Under the pieces are notes generated by a model that was not told the DNA's origin, ran no database searches, and was given only the letters and a program-made list of their open reading frames with translations. Position numbers and translations under genes: made by a program. From assembly GCF_009914755.1 (NCBI RefSeq), contig NC_060947.1: a stretch of DNA of 64,000 nt; one strand, written 5' to 3'. Every line of letters begins with the position of its first letter. Within the stretch, counting starts at the first letter, position 1. Positions 1 to 14,889 of this stretch are shown here, piece by piece. This stretch comes from the human T2T-CHM13v2.0 reference genome, Homo sapiens.

Positions 1-329
1 TATTGCGCACTTTATTTCTATTATTATTGCATACTCACCGTCGTGCAGAATCAGTGGGAGCCCTGAGCTTGTTTTCCTGCAAATAGATGGTCCCATCTGG
101 GGGTGATGGGAGACAGTAACAGATCATCAAGCGTTAGATTCTCATCAGGAACACAAAACCTAGACCCCTCACGTGTGCAGTTCACAATAGGGTTCCCGCT
201 CCTATGAGAATCTAATGTCGCCACTGACGTGACAGGAGGTGGAGTTCAGCTTCACCTGCTTGCCCAACCACTCACTTCCTGCTGTGCAGCCCATTTCCTA
301 TCCATGGCCGGGGGTGTTGGGGACCCCTG
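1..329 (+). mobile_element. MER1A hAT-Charlie DNA transposon, 3' part (cut by window edge)
   Basis: Contains gaatcagtgggagccctgagcttgttttcctgc, ttagattctcat and ctcctatgagaatctaatg, and ends in the terminal repeat ttggggacccctg. Absent from the paralogous site at ~22370. Confidence 0.85.
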
Positions 330-472
330 GGTTAATACGTTTGAAAGCATCTGTAACATAGCAGACACGTCGAGCATTTCAAGGCAAATCTGGTCTTCTC
401 AGAAACTTCTCTAAGAAACATTGTTGTTGTCACAACAGTTAATAGTTTCTGTAAAGTGTCCTCTACTTCTAG

Positions 473-813
<341 letters not shown>

Positions 814-849
814 CAAACCCATGTGTTTTAAATTTCTCAGATTGACTTC

Positions 850-2376
850 GGGCCTTTCGGCTTGTCTGATCTACTTAAAGATCTAACTTTTGATTCCATC
901 AGTATTATTTATTGTTTTTCTAAAACTTCTGAAATCTCAATTTCATTAATTTTTCTCTTCTTGTCTATATTATCCCCATCGTTTTGCTCACCTTAGGTTT
1001 AATTTCCTTTTCCTTTTCTAGCTATTTGAGATCAAAATATACATATTTGAGTCTTTTATTACTTTCTAATATAAACATTTCAGTACATAAAATGTCCCCT
1101 AGGCACATTTTAGCTAAATTGCAGATATTTTAAAACATCACATTTCCATTTTTATTTATTTGAAAATATTTTCTAACCTTCCTCAAGAATTTTTTTAAAC
1201 ATGGATTAGTAAAAATGTGTTGTTTATTTTAAAAATACTTAAGGACTTTACAGATATTATATTTCCTTTGTTATATTTTGAATTACATTCCATTATAGAT
1301 TTTAAAAAGATACTTTGTACAATTCCAATTATTTTAAATTTTTTATGGGTTGTTTTCTGGTCTCTTTTGGTAAAAATTCCACACACACTTGAAAATACCA
1401 TATAATCTACCGTCGTTCTGAGGAGTGCTCACTAAAATCTAATCAGCTCACATTTGTTCTTTGTTGTTCAGCTCCTCCTACACCCTTGCAGAATTTCTGT
1501 CTACTTCAATCATTTACTTGGAGAGGACTGTTGCCATCTCCAAATATCATTGTAGATTTGGCGATTTATCCTTGCAGTTCTATCAGATGTAGTTTCTTGC
1601 ATTTTGAAGCTCTGCTTTTAGGTGAATTAATAGTTAAGATTATTACGTCTTCTCCCCAAAAGAAACCCCCTCCATGTGCAATTCATTTATAGCTGTACCC
1701 ACCACTGCGCGCCGAACCCTGACAGCCACTCATCTGTACTCCATCGTTTCAGTTTTCTCTTTCAAGAATGCCAGGTAAACAGAATAATAGAATATGTAAC
1801 TGGTTGAGACTGGCTCCTTTCACACAGCAAAACACCTTCGAGTTTGAAACACATTGTTGTGTGTATCAGTAGTTCATTCTTTTTCATTGCTGAGAAGTAT
1901 TTCATAGTAAGTAAGGATGCCCCAAAATTTCATTTCCCATTTACCCATGGAAATACATTTGTATAATTTCCAGGTTTTGGCAAATATGACTGGAGCTGCT
2001 ATAAACATTCACGTACATAGGCTTTTGTGTGAACATAAATTTTTCTTTTTCCCTTAGATGAAATCGCTGAGTCACATGGCATGTGTTCATAAGTAATTAC
2101 CAAATCATTTTCTGCAGTTGTCCCGTTTCATAACTGCCACTAGCAATGTATGAAATTTCAAGTTGTTCTTCATCCTTGTTAGCACTTACAAGTATCTCGT
2201 TAAAAATTTCAGTCATTTTCAAATATGTGTTATGGCATCTGATCATGGTTTAATTTGCATTTCTCTAATAGCTGTGATGTAGAATAGTTTTTCATGGGCT
2301 TATTTGTCATGCGTATGTCCTTTTGGGTGAAATGTCTATTGATATGTTTTGCCCTTCTAAAAAATGTGGTTGTTTG
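850..2376 (-). mobile_element. Old L1M (L1MC/ME-type) fragments
   Basis: T-rich, degenerate antisense L1 ORF2 and 3'UTR motifs such as ttaatttgcatttctctaat and gctataaacattc. Confidence 0.65.
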
Positions 2377-2819
2377 TGTTAAATGAACTCATGGGAGGCC
2401 ATTGTTTTGCCCTAATCTCTGGCCCCAGACCCCAGCAGAACAGACAAAATCAGAATAGTGTCCCTTGTACTAATTGCCATTCATCAAAGTGAACATTGAA
2501 ACGGGCCAGTTCTCAAAAAACTAAAAACAGAATAGTCACAGCAACCAATAACGAGGAGCCCACCGTACCTGAGCAGGCACGATAAGAAAGTTTTCTCTGC
2601 TTTAATCCTACAAGGAAATCAACTTTGAAATCACCAAACCACCTTTTGTTCCCTGTTTCTACTTTTTTCGTCCTCTTCTGCCTATAAGCCAACGTCTTTT
2701 GCTCAGCACATAGGGACACTCATTCAAGTTGACGGAGAGAAAAAATGCCCATTCAAGAATCATAAAGAAAAGCCAGTTAGATCTTTGAACAAAATTTGGT
2801 GAAACTTTGTGTTTTGACA
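2377..2819 (+). mobile_element. MER31 solo LTR (ERV1)
   Basis: TG..CA ends; atgggaggccattgttttg, aaacgggccagtt and aagccagttagatcttt..gttttgaca match the remembered MER31 consensus. Confidence 0.8.
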
Positions 2820-2927
2820 TGTGTTCTAAGTTTTGAGATTTTGGGAATCTTTATACAATTTTCATAAAAGGCCTTTGGTGTATATATGATTTGCAAATAC
2901 TTGTGAATACTTCGTTTGGCTTTTTAG

Positions 2928-3411
<484 letters not shown>

Positions 3412-4060
3412 TTCTTTAAAAGTTTTATAGTATTTCATGTAACATTTGGATCTGTAATCCACTTTGAGTTAATTTTTGTATAACATGTGAGGTTTTGGTC
3501 AAGTCTTTTTTATAACACATGGATGTTCAGTTGTTCCAATACCACTAATTGAAAAGACTAATATTTTTCCAATAAATTGTCTTTACCCCTTTCTAAAACC
3601 TCCATTGCTATATTCGCGTGGATCTATTTATGGATTCTCTGTTTTAATCCATTAATCTATACGTGTATCCCTTAGAAAATTCCATAATGACTTGATTGTT
3701 TTAGGCTTATGCTAAATCTTAAAATTGAGTGGTACGATTTGTGCAATTACTCTGTGTTTTGAAAATTGTTTTAATTATTTCAAAACCTTTACCTTTCCGT
3801 ATGCTTTTTGAATCAGCTTGTGTACAAGTACAAAAAAGCTTGCTGGTATTTTACTGGAGTTACATTGGATCTATGGATCGCTTTGTTACAGATCACATAT
3901 CTTCACTGAGTCTTCCAGTGAATGTACATGCTATGTCTATTTAGTTGGGCCTTCTTTGAATTTTTCATCAGCATTTTGTAGTTTTCACCATCCTGATGTG
4001 TACATGTTTTGTTAGATATATACCAAAGCATTTCATTTTTAATTTTATTAAAATGGCTAT

Positions 4061-4790
4061 TTTGTTTTTGTTTTTGTTTTTTGGGTTTTTTTTTGGTAAA
4101 AAAAATCAAGAATTTATAGTATAGAATCTACAGTGTAGCTGGAGTCAACAAAGCCTTTGAGGATAATATGCTGTATCAGCTGGGCCTCAAATGATTATTT
4201 GGAAAGGAGGAAAGGGCACACAAGAAGTGATACTAAAAGAGCAAAGTGATTGAGATGGGATTTTTTTTCCAGGGAATCTCTTTTAATTTTAAATTACTAT
4301 TATTACATTTTAAGTTCTGGGGTATATGTGCAGAACCTGCAGGTTTGTTACATAGTACAGAACGTGCAGGTTTGTTACATAGGTATCCACGTGCCATGCG
4401 GCACTATTCACAATAGCAAAGACTTGGTACCAACCCAAATGTCCAACAATGATAGACTGGATAAAGAAAATGTGGCACATATACACCATGGAATACTATG
4501 CAGCCATAAAAAAGGATGAGTTCACGTCCTTTGTAGGGACATGGATGAAGCTGGAAACCATCATTCTCAGCAAACTAACACAAGAACAGAAATCCGAACA
4601 CCGCATGTTCTCACTCATAAGTGGGAGTTAAACCATGAGAACACATGGACACAGGGAGGGGAGCATCATACACTGGGGCCTGTCAGGGGGTGGGGGGGCT
4701 AGAGGAGGGATAGCATTAGGAGAAATACCTAATGTAGATGACAGGTTGATGGGTGCAGCAAACCACCATGCCACATGTATACCTATGTAA
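4061..4790 (-). mobile_element. 5'-inverted L1PA (PA7/8-like) fragment with putative 3' transduction
   Basis: Antisense L1 3' end at 4290-4399 and inverted sense L1 segment at 4400-4790. Non-L1 sequence at ~4096-4285 and T-tail at 4061-4095. Approximate TSD aaaatggctat / aaaactgctat. Confidence 0.8.
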
Positions 4791-4854
4791 AACTGCTATG
4801 TTTAAAAAAGTTTTCCAATTTTCTTAAATGCTTATGTTCACTCGGGTATGTAAG

Positions 4855-6480
<1,626 letters not shown>

Positions 6481-6484
6481 AACT

Positions 6485-8070
6485 TCCCATTTTTATTGCC
6501 ATTATATGAAGTACGATAATACGATTATCGTGTGTTGAGCTTCTACCTTGCGACCTGCCTGCACTCACTTATTTGAGGAGTTTTTGTGCAGTTTCCTTGG
6601 TATTTTCTGCATAGGCAGTTGTGTCTTCTGAGGTTGGAAACAACATTATATATTCTGTCCCATTCAAGATGTCTCTTATTTATATTTCTTGATTGATTTC
6701 ACTGGTAAGAATCCCACTACCTTTCTGAATAGGAGTGGTGAGAGGGGACATCCTTTTCTTGTTTCTCTTTTTAGGGGTAGGCATTCAGTCTTTCACTACC
6801 CAGTTTGATATTTGCTCTTGGTTTTCTGTACATGTACTCTGTCAGGTTAAGTTCCTTTCTATTTCTAGTTTCCTGAGACTTTTCACTGTGATTATGTTGT
6901 ACATTCTCAAGTGCTTTTGTCTGCTTTAGTTGAGGTCATCATACATTTCTGGATATAGTGGACAGCATTGATCAACTATCAAATATTAAACCAGCCTTGC
7001 ATTCTCCAGATAAATCCGACTTTTAAGATATTGCTGGATTCTATTTGCTAATTTTTTGGAGATTTTGCATCTATGTTTGTGAAGCATATTGACCTCTAGA
7101 ATTTTTATTGGTTTGTGTTTCCTTGTTTGTTTGTACTGTTAGCCTGGTAATACCATGGTAATGTTAACCAGGTAAAATGATTTGGGAAACATCCCCTTCT
7201 CTTCTATTTTCTCTGAGAGACTGTGCAAATTCATGTTACTTCTTTAAATGGTTGTACGAAATCTCCAGTGAACCTATCTGGGTCTACAGATTTCTTTCTC
7301 AGAAAGAGTTTTACTATGAAATCAGTTATTTTGGTAGCTAAAGTACTCTTCAAGTTATCCATTTTGTCTAAGGTGAGTTCCACTAGTTTCTGATTTTGGT
7401 AGAATTTCATTTCATTTTATCATGAATTCCATTTCAGTTATTGAATTATTCTGCACAGATTTCTTCTTAGCATTTCATGGCTATCTTCAGGTCTACAGGT
7501 TCTCTAATGATATTTCCTGTTTCACTTTTGATCTTAATAATTTGTATCTTCTCTCTTACTTTCCATGACTGACTAGAGTTCCATCCATTTTCTTGATCCT
7601 TTCAAAGAACAGCTTTTGGTTTCCATGATTTTTCTTTCTTTCCTTTTTTTTTTTTTTTCAGATTTCATTGTGAACTATTTCTGTTGTGTTTTTTTCTTTT
7701 TTTCTGCTTGCTTTGAATTAATTGGTTTCCCTCTTTTTCTGGTTAGTTAAGGTAGAAGCTCACATTATTTATGTGAGATCTTTCTTTTATCTTAATCTAA
7801 GTAATGTTATAATTTTCTCTCTAAACACTGTTTTAGCTGCATCCCACAAGTTGTGATATGTTGCTTTTCCAATTAAATTCAGTTCTATGGACTTTTTAAT
7901 TTCCTTGAGGCTACCTTTTTGATCCTTGAATTGTTGAAGATGGTGTCGTTTAATTCCACAAGGTATGATAATTTCCTATTGTACTTATGTTATTGTTTCA
8001 TTTCTAATATGGTGCCATAGAGGTCGAAGAACATAAGCTTGATGATGTGGATTTTTAAAAATCTGTTGTT
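6485..8070 (-). mobile_element. Old L1M ORF2 fragment
   Basis: Antisense motifs gaataggagtggtgagag, ccagccttgcatt and ttagctgcatcccacaag. Paralog at 48460-50000. Confidence 0.7.
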
Positions 8071-8107
8071 TGAAAAATGAAAGAAAGAAAGAAAGAAAGA
8101 AAGAGAG

Positions 8108-8705
<598 letters not shown>

Positions 8706-9594
8706 TATATTTATTTTATGACCCAAGAGATAATCTAGCTTGGTGTGTTTTCCATGTGTGCTTGAAAAAAGGCATATTCTTATGTTGGTGGTGCTGTGAT
8801 ATTTGCATCCATAGCATTTCTGAGTCCTCCTGAATAATGGCTGACTACTGGGTGATGGTCTACCACTAGTTCAGTCCTCCAGTCCTCGGTAACTATGAAG
8901 ATTTCTGCGTGAGCACCTTAGGTTGAGCCCAGGAATTTCTGCTCAATTTAATGTGTTCTCTTGCTTACATTCGCTACTCTCAGTGGTTTTTCCCAAGCTC
9001 ACTGGGTCCCTGGGGACTTTCTCTGATCCTCTAGCTAGAAGGTAAGTCTTTTGTGTCCTCACATTGCTGTGCATTTCCCTTTCAGGGGTCACGCTAGGCG
9101 GCCAAGTGTTGAGAGGATAGACAGAGAAAGGATTTCTCTCACACTTGTTTTTCCTCCAGCTTCTTTCAAGATTTTTTTTCTCTTTGATTTTCTGCAGTTT
9201 GAATATGTACATAGATGTATACTTCTTAGTATTTATCCTGTTTCCTGTTCTATGAGCTTCCTGAATCTGCAGTTTCATGTCTGTCATTAATTCGGGGAAT
9301 TCTCAGCCATTACCACTTCAAATATTTCCTTTGTTTCTTTCTCACCTTCTGAACATGGTGTTTCAGTTATGCACAGTGGTGGTGCCTTTTGTAACTGTCT
9401 CATGCTTCTTGAATTTTCTGTTACTTTTCTTCCTTTTTTCTCTCTTTGCATTTCAGGTTTGGATTTTTGATTGACGTTTCTTCAGGCTTGCTGCTTGTTA
9501 CCTCAGCCATGTCCTGCCTATTGATGAATTAATCAAAGATATCCTTCATTTCTGTTACAGTGGGGGTTGTTTTATTTTTCCTAATAAATTATTT

Positions 9595-10660
9595 CTATCA
9601 TGATAAAACACCTATCACATAAACCCTCCTAACCATGGTAAGTGCACATTTCAGGGCTCTTAAATACATCCATACTCTTATTCAACCATCACCATGGCTC
9701 ATCTGAAGAACTCTTTTCCTCTGACAAAAATGAAACACTATACCCGTTCAACAATAACTCCCCATTTTTCCTCCCTCTCATCTGGTAACTAGCTTTCTAT
9801 TTCCTGTCTCTATGAATTTGACAACTCTATGTACCGTGTGTAAATGATATCCTACAGTATTTGTCTTTTCATGCCTGACTTACTTCACTTAGCATAATGT
9901 CCTCAGGTTCAGTCACGCTGTACCTTATGCCAGAATTTCCTTCCTTTTGAATGCTGAATAATTTCCCATTGTATGTATATTGCATTTTCCTAATCCAATT
10001 ATGTGTCAAGGGACACTTAGGCTGGTTTCACAGTTTAGCTATGGTGAACATTGCTGCTATATATATGGGTCTACAAATATCTCTTTGAGACTCTGCTTTT
10101 AATTATTCTGGGTATACATTCGGAAGGGGAATTGCTAGATAATATGGTAACCCTATTTGGAATTTTGTGAGGAATCACATACTGTTACCCACGGCAATTT
10201 TGTAACATTTTATATTCCAACCTACACAGAGATTCCACTAACACCACATCGTTGCCAACTTGTTATTTCCTGGTTGGTCGTTGCTTTATTTGTTTTAACA
10301 GTAGCCATCCTAGTGAGTGGGAGGAGGTGCCTCATCGTGCCTTTGATTCCTATTTCCCTAATGATTAGTGATGTTGAGTATCTTTTCTCATGCGCATCAG
10401 TCACTTGTGTATATTTTTAGGAGAAATGTCTATTCAAATATTTTCCCCATTTTTGATTTTGCTGTCGTTGTTGTTTTTGTCATGTTTCAGGAGTTCTTTA
10501 TATATCCTGGATATATATCCCTTAACAGATATGTGATTTACAAATATTTTCTCCCAGTCTTTTGGTTGCATTTTGACTCTGTTCATTGTGTTTTTGATGC
10601 ACAAAAGTTCTTAATTTTCATGAAGTCTAATTTGCCTGTGCTCTTTTATTGCCTAGAGTG
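9595..10660 (-). mobile_element. L1MB-type 3' end
   Basis: Motifs tctctatgaatttgac, cttcacttagcataatgtcc and catgaagtctaattt. Shared at the same position in copy 2 (53700-54750). Confidence 0.75.
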
Positions 10661-11119
10661 TTTTAGATTTTTAGTGTTTTCTTGTGATTCTTCTTAAAGA
10701 GTTTCCATCTCCCTGCTATTATTACCCACCTGTTCTTGCATGTTGTTCACTTTTTCCATTAGAGCCCTTAGCTTATTCATCATAGTTGTATTAATTCTCA
10801 AGCTGGTAATTCTAACATCTCTGCTAAACCTGCATATGTACCTGATATTTACTCTTCAACCTGTGATTTTTTTTTCCCCCTTCACTATGCCTTGTAACAT
10901 TTTTGGTGAAAGCCAGTAGTAATGTCCTGAGTAAATGGAATGGAAGAGAATGGGCCTTTCAGCTGAGAGTTTATTTTTATCTGACTATGCGGTAGACTGT
11001 GTTTACTGTTTGCTGGAGCTATAGGTGTCAGAGGTTAAACTTTACTCAGGTGTCCTTGTTTTGTTCTTCCCTCCTGTCTTGGATTTCCCTAGAGACTTTT
11101 TCTTCTTCTATTTGGTTTG

Positions 11120-11243
11120 TTTCTTTTAGACACAGTGTCGCTCTATGTTGCCTCGGCTGGTCTCAAACTCCTGGCCTCAAGTCACCCTCCCGCCTTGTCA
11201 ACCGAAAATGCTGTGATTACAGGTGGGAGCCATTGTGCCTGGC
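11120..11243 (-). mobile_element. FLAM / free left Alu monomer
   Basis: Single monomer from tcgctctatgttgcc through ctcaaactcctggcctcaag to tgtgcctggc. Absent at the paralogous site ~55175. Confidence 0.85.
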
Positions 11244-11839
11244 ATGGGACTCTTCTTAAATGAAGTTTGCGATGTGCACTTGTTTCAGTGCTGCTCCCCT
11301 GCTATTACACAGGAGCCTACTGACATCGTGGTAAGGCGTGGGGGAGGGAAAGTGTTCTGCACACCTATGAGCAGGGCTCAGTCTTTTTATTGGCCTCTGC
11401 CACTGTGCTATGACCTGCACGAGTGCTTTTCATTTCTTACCCCCAAACTCTCCCCCTACTTTTTGGTTGAAATTTCTTGTCAGAGAGCAGGAATCACCTA
11501 TTCGAGGGTTTTAGGTGCCTGCCTGCCCAGCTGTGGTTGATGCTGCAACCGCAGGTTATAGATGCAGGACTGGGGCTGGTGTGGAGGCAGGTCCAGCAGG
11601 ATCGAAAGATTTTTTTCCCTCATTACCCATGTCCTCTATGGGCCTGCCTTCTTAGCTTTTGGACCATAAAGAGAGACCTTCATACATACAGCTTTTCCTA
11701 TCCTTGTGCAATTCTCAAATGTAGGCTGCCTTTGAGTCCATGCTTGGAGATACAAGAGGGAGAAATAGCACAGGAATTTCTCCACCATATTGACCTTACT
11801 TCAACTTCTGGTTTCTTTGCCCAGTGCTCCTTTTCTGAA

Positions 11840-13770
11840 CCACGCACCCTTTTAGACAAGGCGTCTTTACAGGAAATTATCAGTAGGACCTGACACAGCA
11901 GGGCGAAACCGAGCTGCATATAGATGTCACATACGCCGTTAGGGGTCCTGGACTGAACCAGTTAACACGAACCCCATTAACCACAGAGGTGCATCTTAGA
12001 CAGCCACGTGGCTTCCCTCTTAAATTTCAGTATTAACTTTTTCTTTATACTTGGCCAATTGAATCAATTGGGGCATCAATTCAGGCAGGACACAGCTCTG
12101 GACCGTTGTGACCTGACCTGAAAGCCATCCTGGACTGAGGCCATGTCACAAAGGCAGGGCACACATGGGACTTACAACCCCGAGGGCACATGTGGTCCCC
12201 CTGCAAAGACACACGGTACCATAATTTGGGCACCCCAAGGTGGCCGAACTGAGTCAGGAAGCACAGAATATCAAGGCCTCACTGTGATATATCACCATGG
12301 CACCTCCTGCCAGCTACAAGGGTATCCAGTACAGGACACATAATCCAGTTCAGTCCCTGGTTTCACTTGCAGACAATTTGGCTTCTCCATGACTGGTAGG
12401 GAGGGCATCTGAAGGTACTCCGTGGGGAAAACAGTGGAGCCGGGGTCTCTCCCTCTGTCCCCTAGTCAGCGAGGTCAGATGTTGTCATGGGTGCAGCCAT
12501 CAGTTTGGGGTCACGGAAATTGCAGCTGCTTGCAAAGGCAGTATGGGGAGTTTTCTTTCAGCAAGAGAAGAAAGCTTCCAGGAACAGTTCTGCAACACCA
12601 GGATCACAATGCCCTCCTCACACCTCCCCAGATGTTGTGTTTTTCCTCCGTCCTTACTAAATCAGCATGGCCCACTCAATAATAAAAGCTTTACATTGTT
12701 TCAATCATCCCCTTATGCCTGAGGCCTTCTCACCTGGCAGGGCTGTGTGTCATGGGGACAAAACCATTTTCACAGTAAAACACTGTCATAAAACAAGATG
12801 TGAACAGAAAGACCCATCATGTTTAGGAAGCAGCCAGGAAAAAATCCTATGTTTCCAAAAGATTCCAAAATGAGTTTGCATACCCCTTTTCATCCTGCTC
12901 ATTTATGCAGTAAACAGTATAGAACAATAATGATAAAAAGAAAACAAAATCCATCCCTTCCTGGGCTCAGCTGCATTTGATAATCCTACTGCCTGGCGTG
13001 TGGACCAGGAGGAAGGAGAGGAAGCAGAGTTAGGCTGTCTGTCCACTATCAAAAACTGCAACTGAAGTGGGTCCTGGGACACAAATGACTGGCAGTGGAC
13101 ACGCTAGAGAGAAGATCTGAGACTGATCTGTCACGCGTGGGTGGAGAAATCACAGTCGATGGGGGGTGCCATCCCACAACATGCAGCTTTCAGCAGACAT
13201 CGCACAAGTTAGAAGTGCAACCTGTCTGCATCAGAAATACAGTGCCCATGAGCAGCTTCACTCCAGTTGGCCCCACCGGAGAACAAGCCCTTCATCATGG
13301 GCATCTGCAAGACATGTGGGAGGTCTGTGCTGCATCTGTGCTGTGTGGTGATGGTTTCGAACCCCACTAACAGGTGTTTAAAACCTGCCAGGGTTCCAGA
13401 GTCAAAGATGCCTTTGTTGCATTGAGCTATGCCTGCTTTCTGCTTGGCACAGCTTGTGGTGAGTCCGAAACAGCTCAGAGCAGATACTTTGGTTTTAGTT
13501 TAGAGTCAAGGCCAGCTTATTGAGATTTGTGACTTTGCAATTCCAAAACAGTCGGGGGTGGAAGGAAGGGGTTCTGTAGCAGCAGGATAGCCAGCACGCT
13601 GCAAGGCCGGAAAACAGTGAGGCAGGGAGACGCCTGCCTGGCATGCTTTCCTATGGCCTTTAGGCCTTGCCAGTCTTACAGTCCAAACATGCACCTCAAA
13701 TCACGCACCTTAGCTCCGACAGTCATCAGCTTATACGTGGCTGACATCCCAGTTCAGAAGAGCTCATTTC
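11840..13770 (-). mobile_element. Degenerate ERV(L) internal sequence (MER68/77-associated), 3' LTR deleted
   Basis: Paralogous to 56617-58475, which abuts a MER68/77-type LTR through a PPT-like ggggtgcac. The minus-strand frame LKFKREATWLSK resembles env TM. Confidence 0.55.
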
Positions 13771-13774
13771 ACAC

Positions 13775-14250
13775 TGTTTGGGACTGGGGGTTGATCAAGG
13801 AAAATGAGAGGATCACCAGAGGCTGTACCATACAAGCAGCTTTATTGGGTGGTGCTTGGACAGGGAATGCAGGGAGGGGACAGACTGTCCAGAGTCTATG
13901 TTTCCAGGGTCACCATCAGAACGGAAGGAAGGCAGGAGAACTGATGGTGCAGATGGGAATTGGAGAAGGACCTTATGAGTATAGGTGATGTTGCTCAGCA
14001 GCTGGGCCAAGTGGCTTGGGAGTCTCGTAACCATAAGGTTCTATCTTATCTACGGTTAGCAGATGTTAGGTGAGGACTAGCAGGGTATGCAAGCGAGGAA
14101 GGCTCTGAATGCCTAAAAACGTACTTAGCTGTGCCACGTTTCAAACCATCAACTGTGTGAAACATTCAGTTTTGTGCTGATGGGCTTCTGAGCCAACAGG
14201 TCTCAGTCTTGTGAAGAAAAACAGTAGAGAAACATCAGCAGTGCTGCACG
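13775..14250 (-). mobile_element. LTR-like element, family uncertain
   Basis: About 480 bp with TG..CA ends and a minus-strand AATAAA (ctttatt, ~13840). Paralog at 58478-58968. Confidence 0.4.
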
Positions 14251-14786
14251 ACAGCTGAGATGCTACTGCAAGGCCCTTTGCCAGCCACATCCCACGTCTA
14301 AACAATAAGCAAGGCCTTCCTCCAGCCTAGGGGCTACACACACAGGTCATCTTTGGTTCATTTATAGAACACAAGCTGAAAACTGTTTTTAAAATCTCTG
14401 AAGATGTATCTCCACCTGGAGACCGTCTCTCTTTTTCCATGTGGACTTCCTTTCTCCAGGGATCCCAGGAGGCAAGAATTATCACCTTCAGAAACACTTT
14501 CTGTTTCCCATACTTGAAAAGCTTAACGCGAACACACACGCAGAGTTAGAGAGAAAGAGCGTGAAAGCCAATCCAAGCACTAGATATACACTGATTGAGA
14601 ATAGTGTTAATACTGTAATTCCTCACAGACAAAGTTTCCTACAGAAGGCTTTTAAGATTCTGTAGAAAAGAAAACCAGTGGAAATCACGAGCATCCAAGT
14701 ATCCCTGTCTACAGCAAGGGAGGAAAGCTCGGTGTTAAGCAAAGCTAACACTGTCTCCTTTAGAAAGGCTCATTAACTCGGGGGCC

Positions 14787-14889
14787 TGTGTGAAACAACA
14801 TTCAGGGGAGGCCACTGCTGTGGACTAGCCTCCTGCCCTAAGCCCCAGCTGACCACACCTGACCAGAATGGGGTCACTTGTGCTGAGCG
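14787..14889 (+). mobile_element. MER31-like LTR, 5' ~100 bp only
   Basis: gaggccactgctgtggactag..gaccagaatggggtcacttgtgctgag matches the start of the complete LTR at 59498-59932. Confidence 0.8.
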
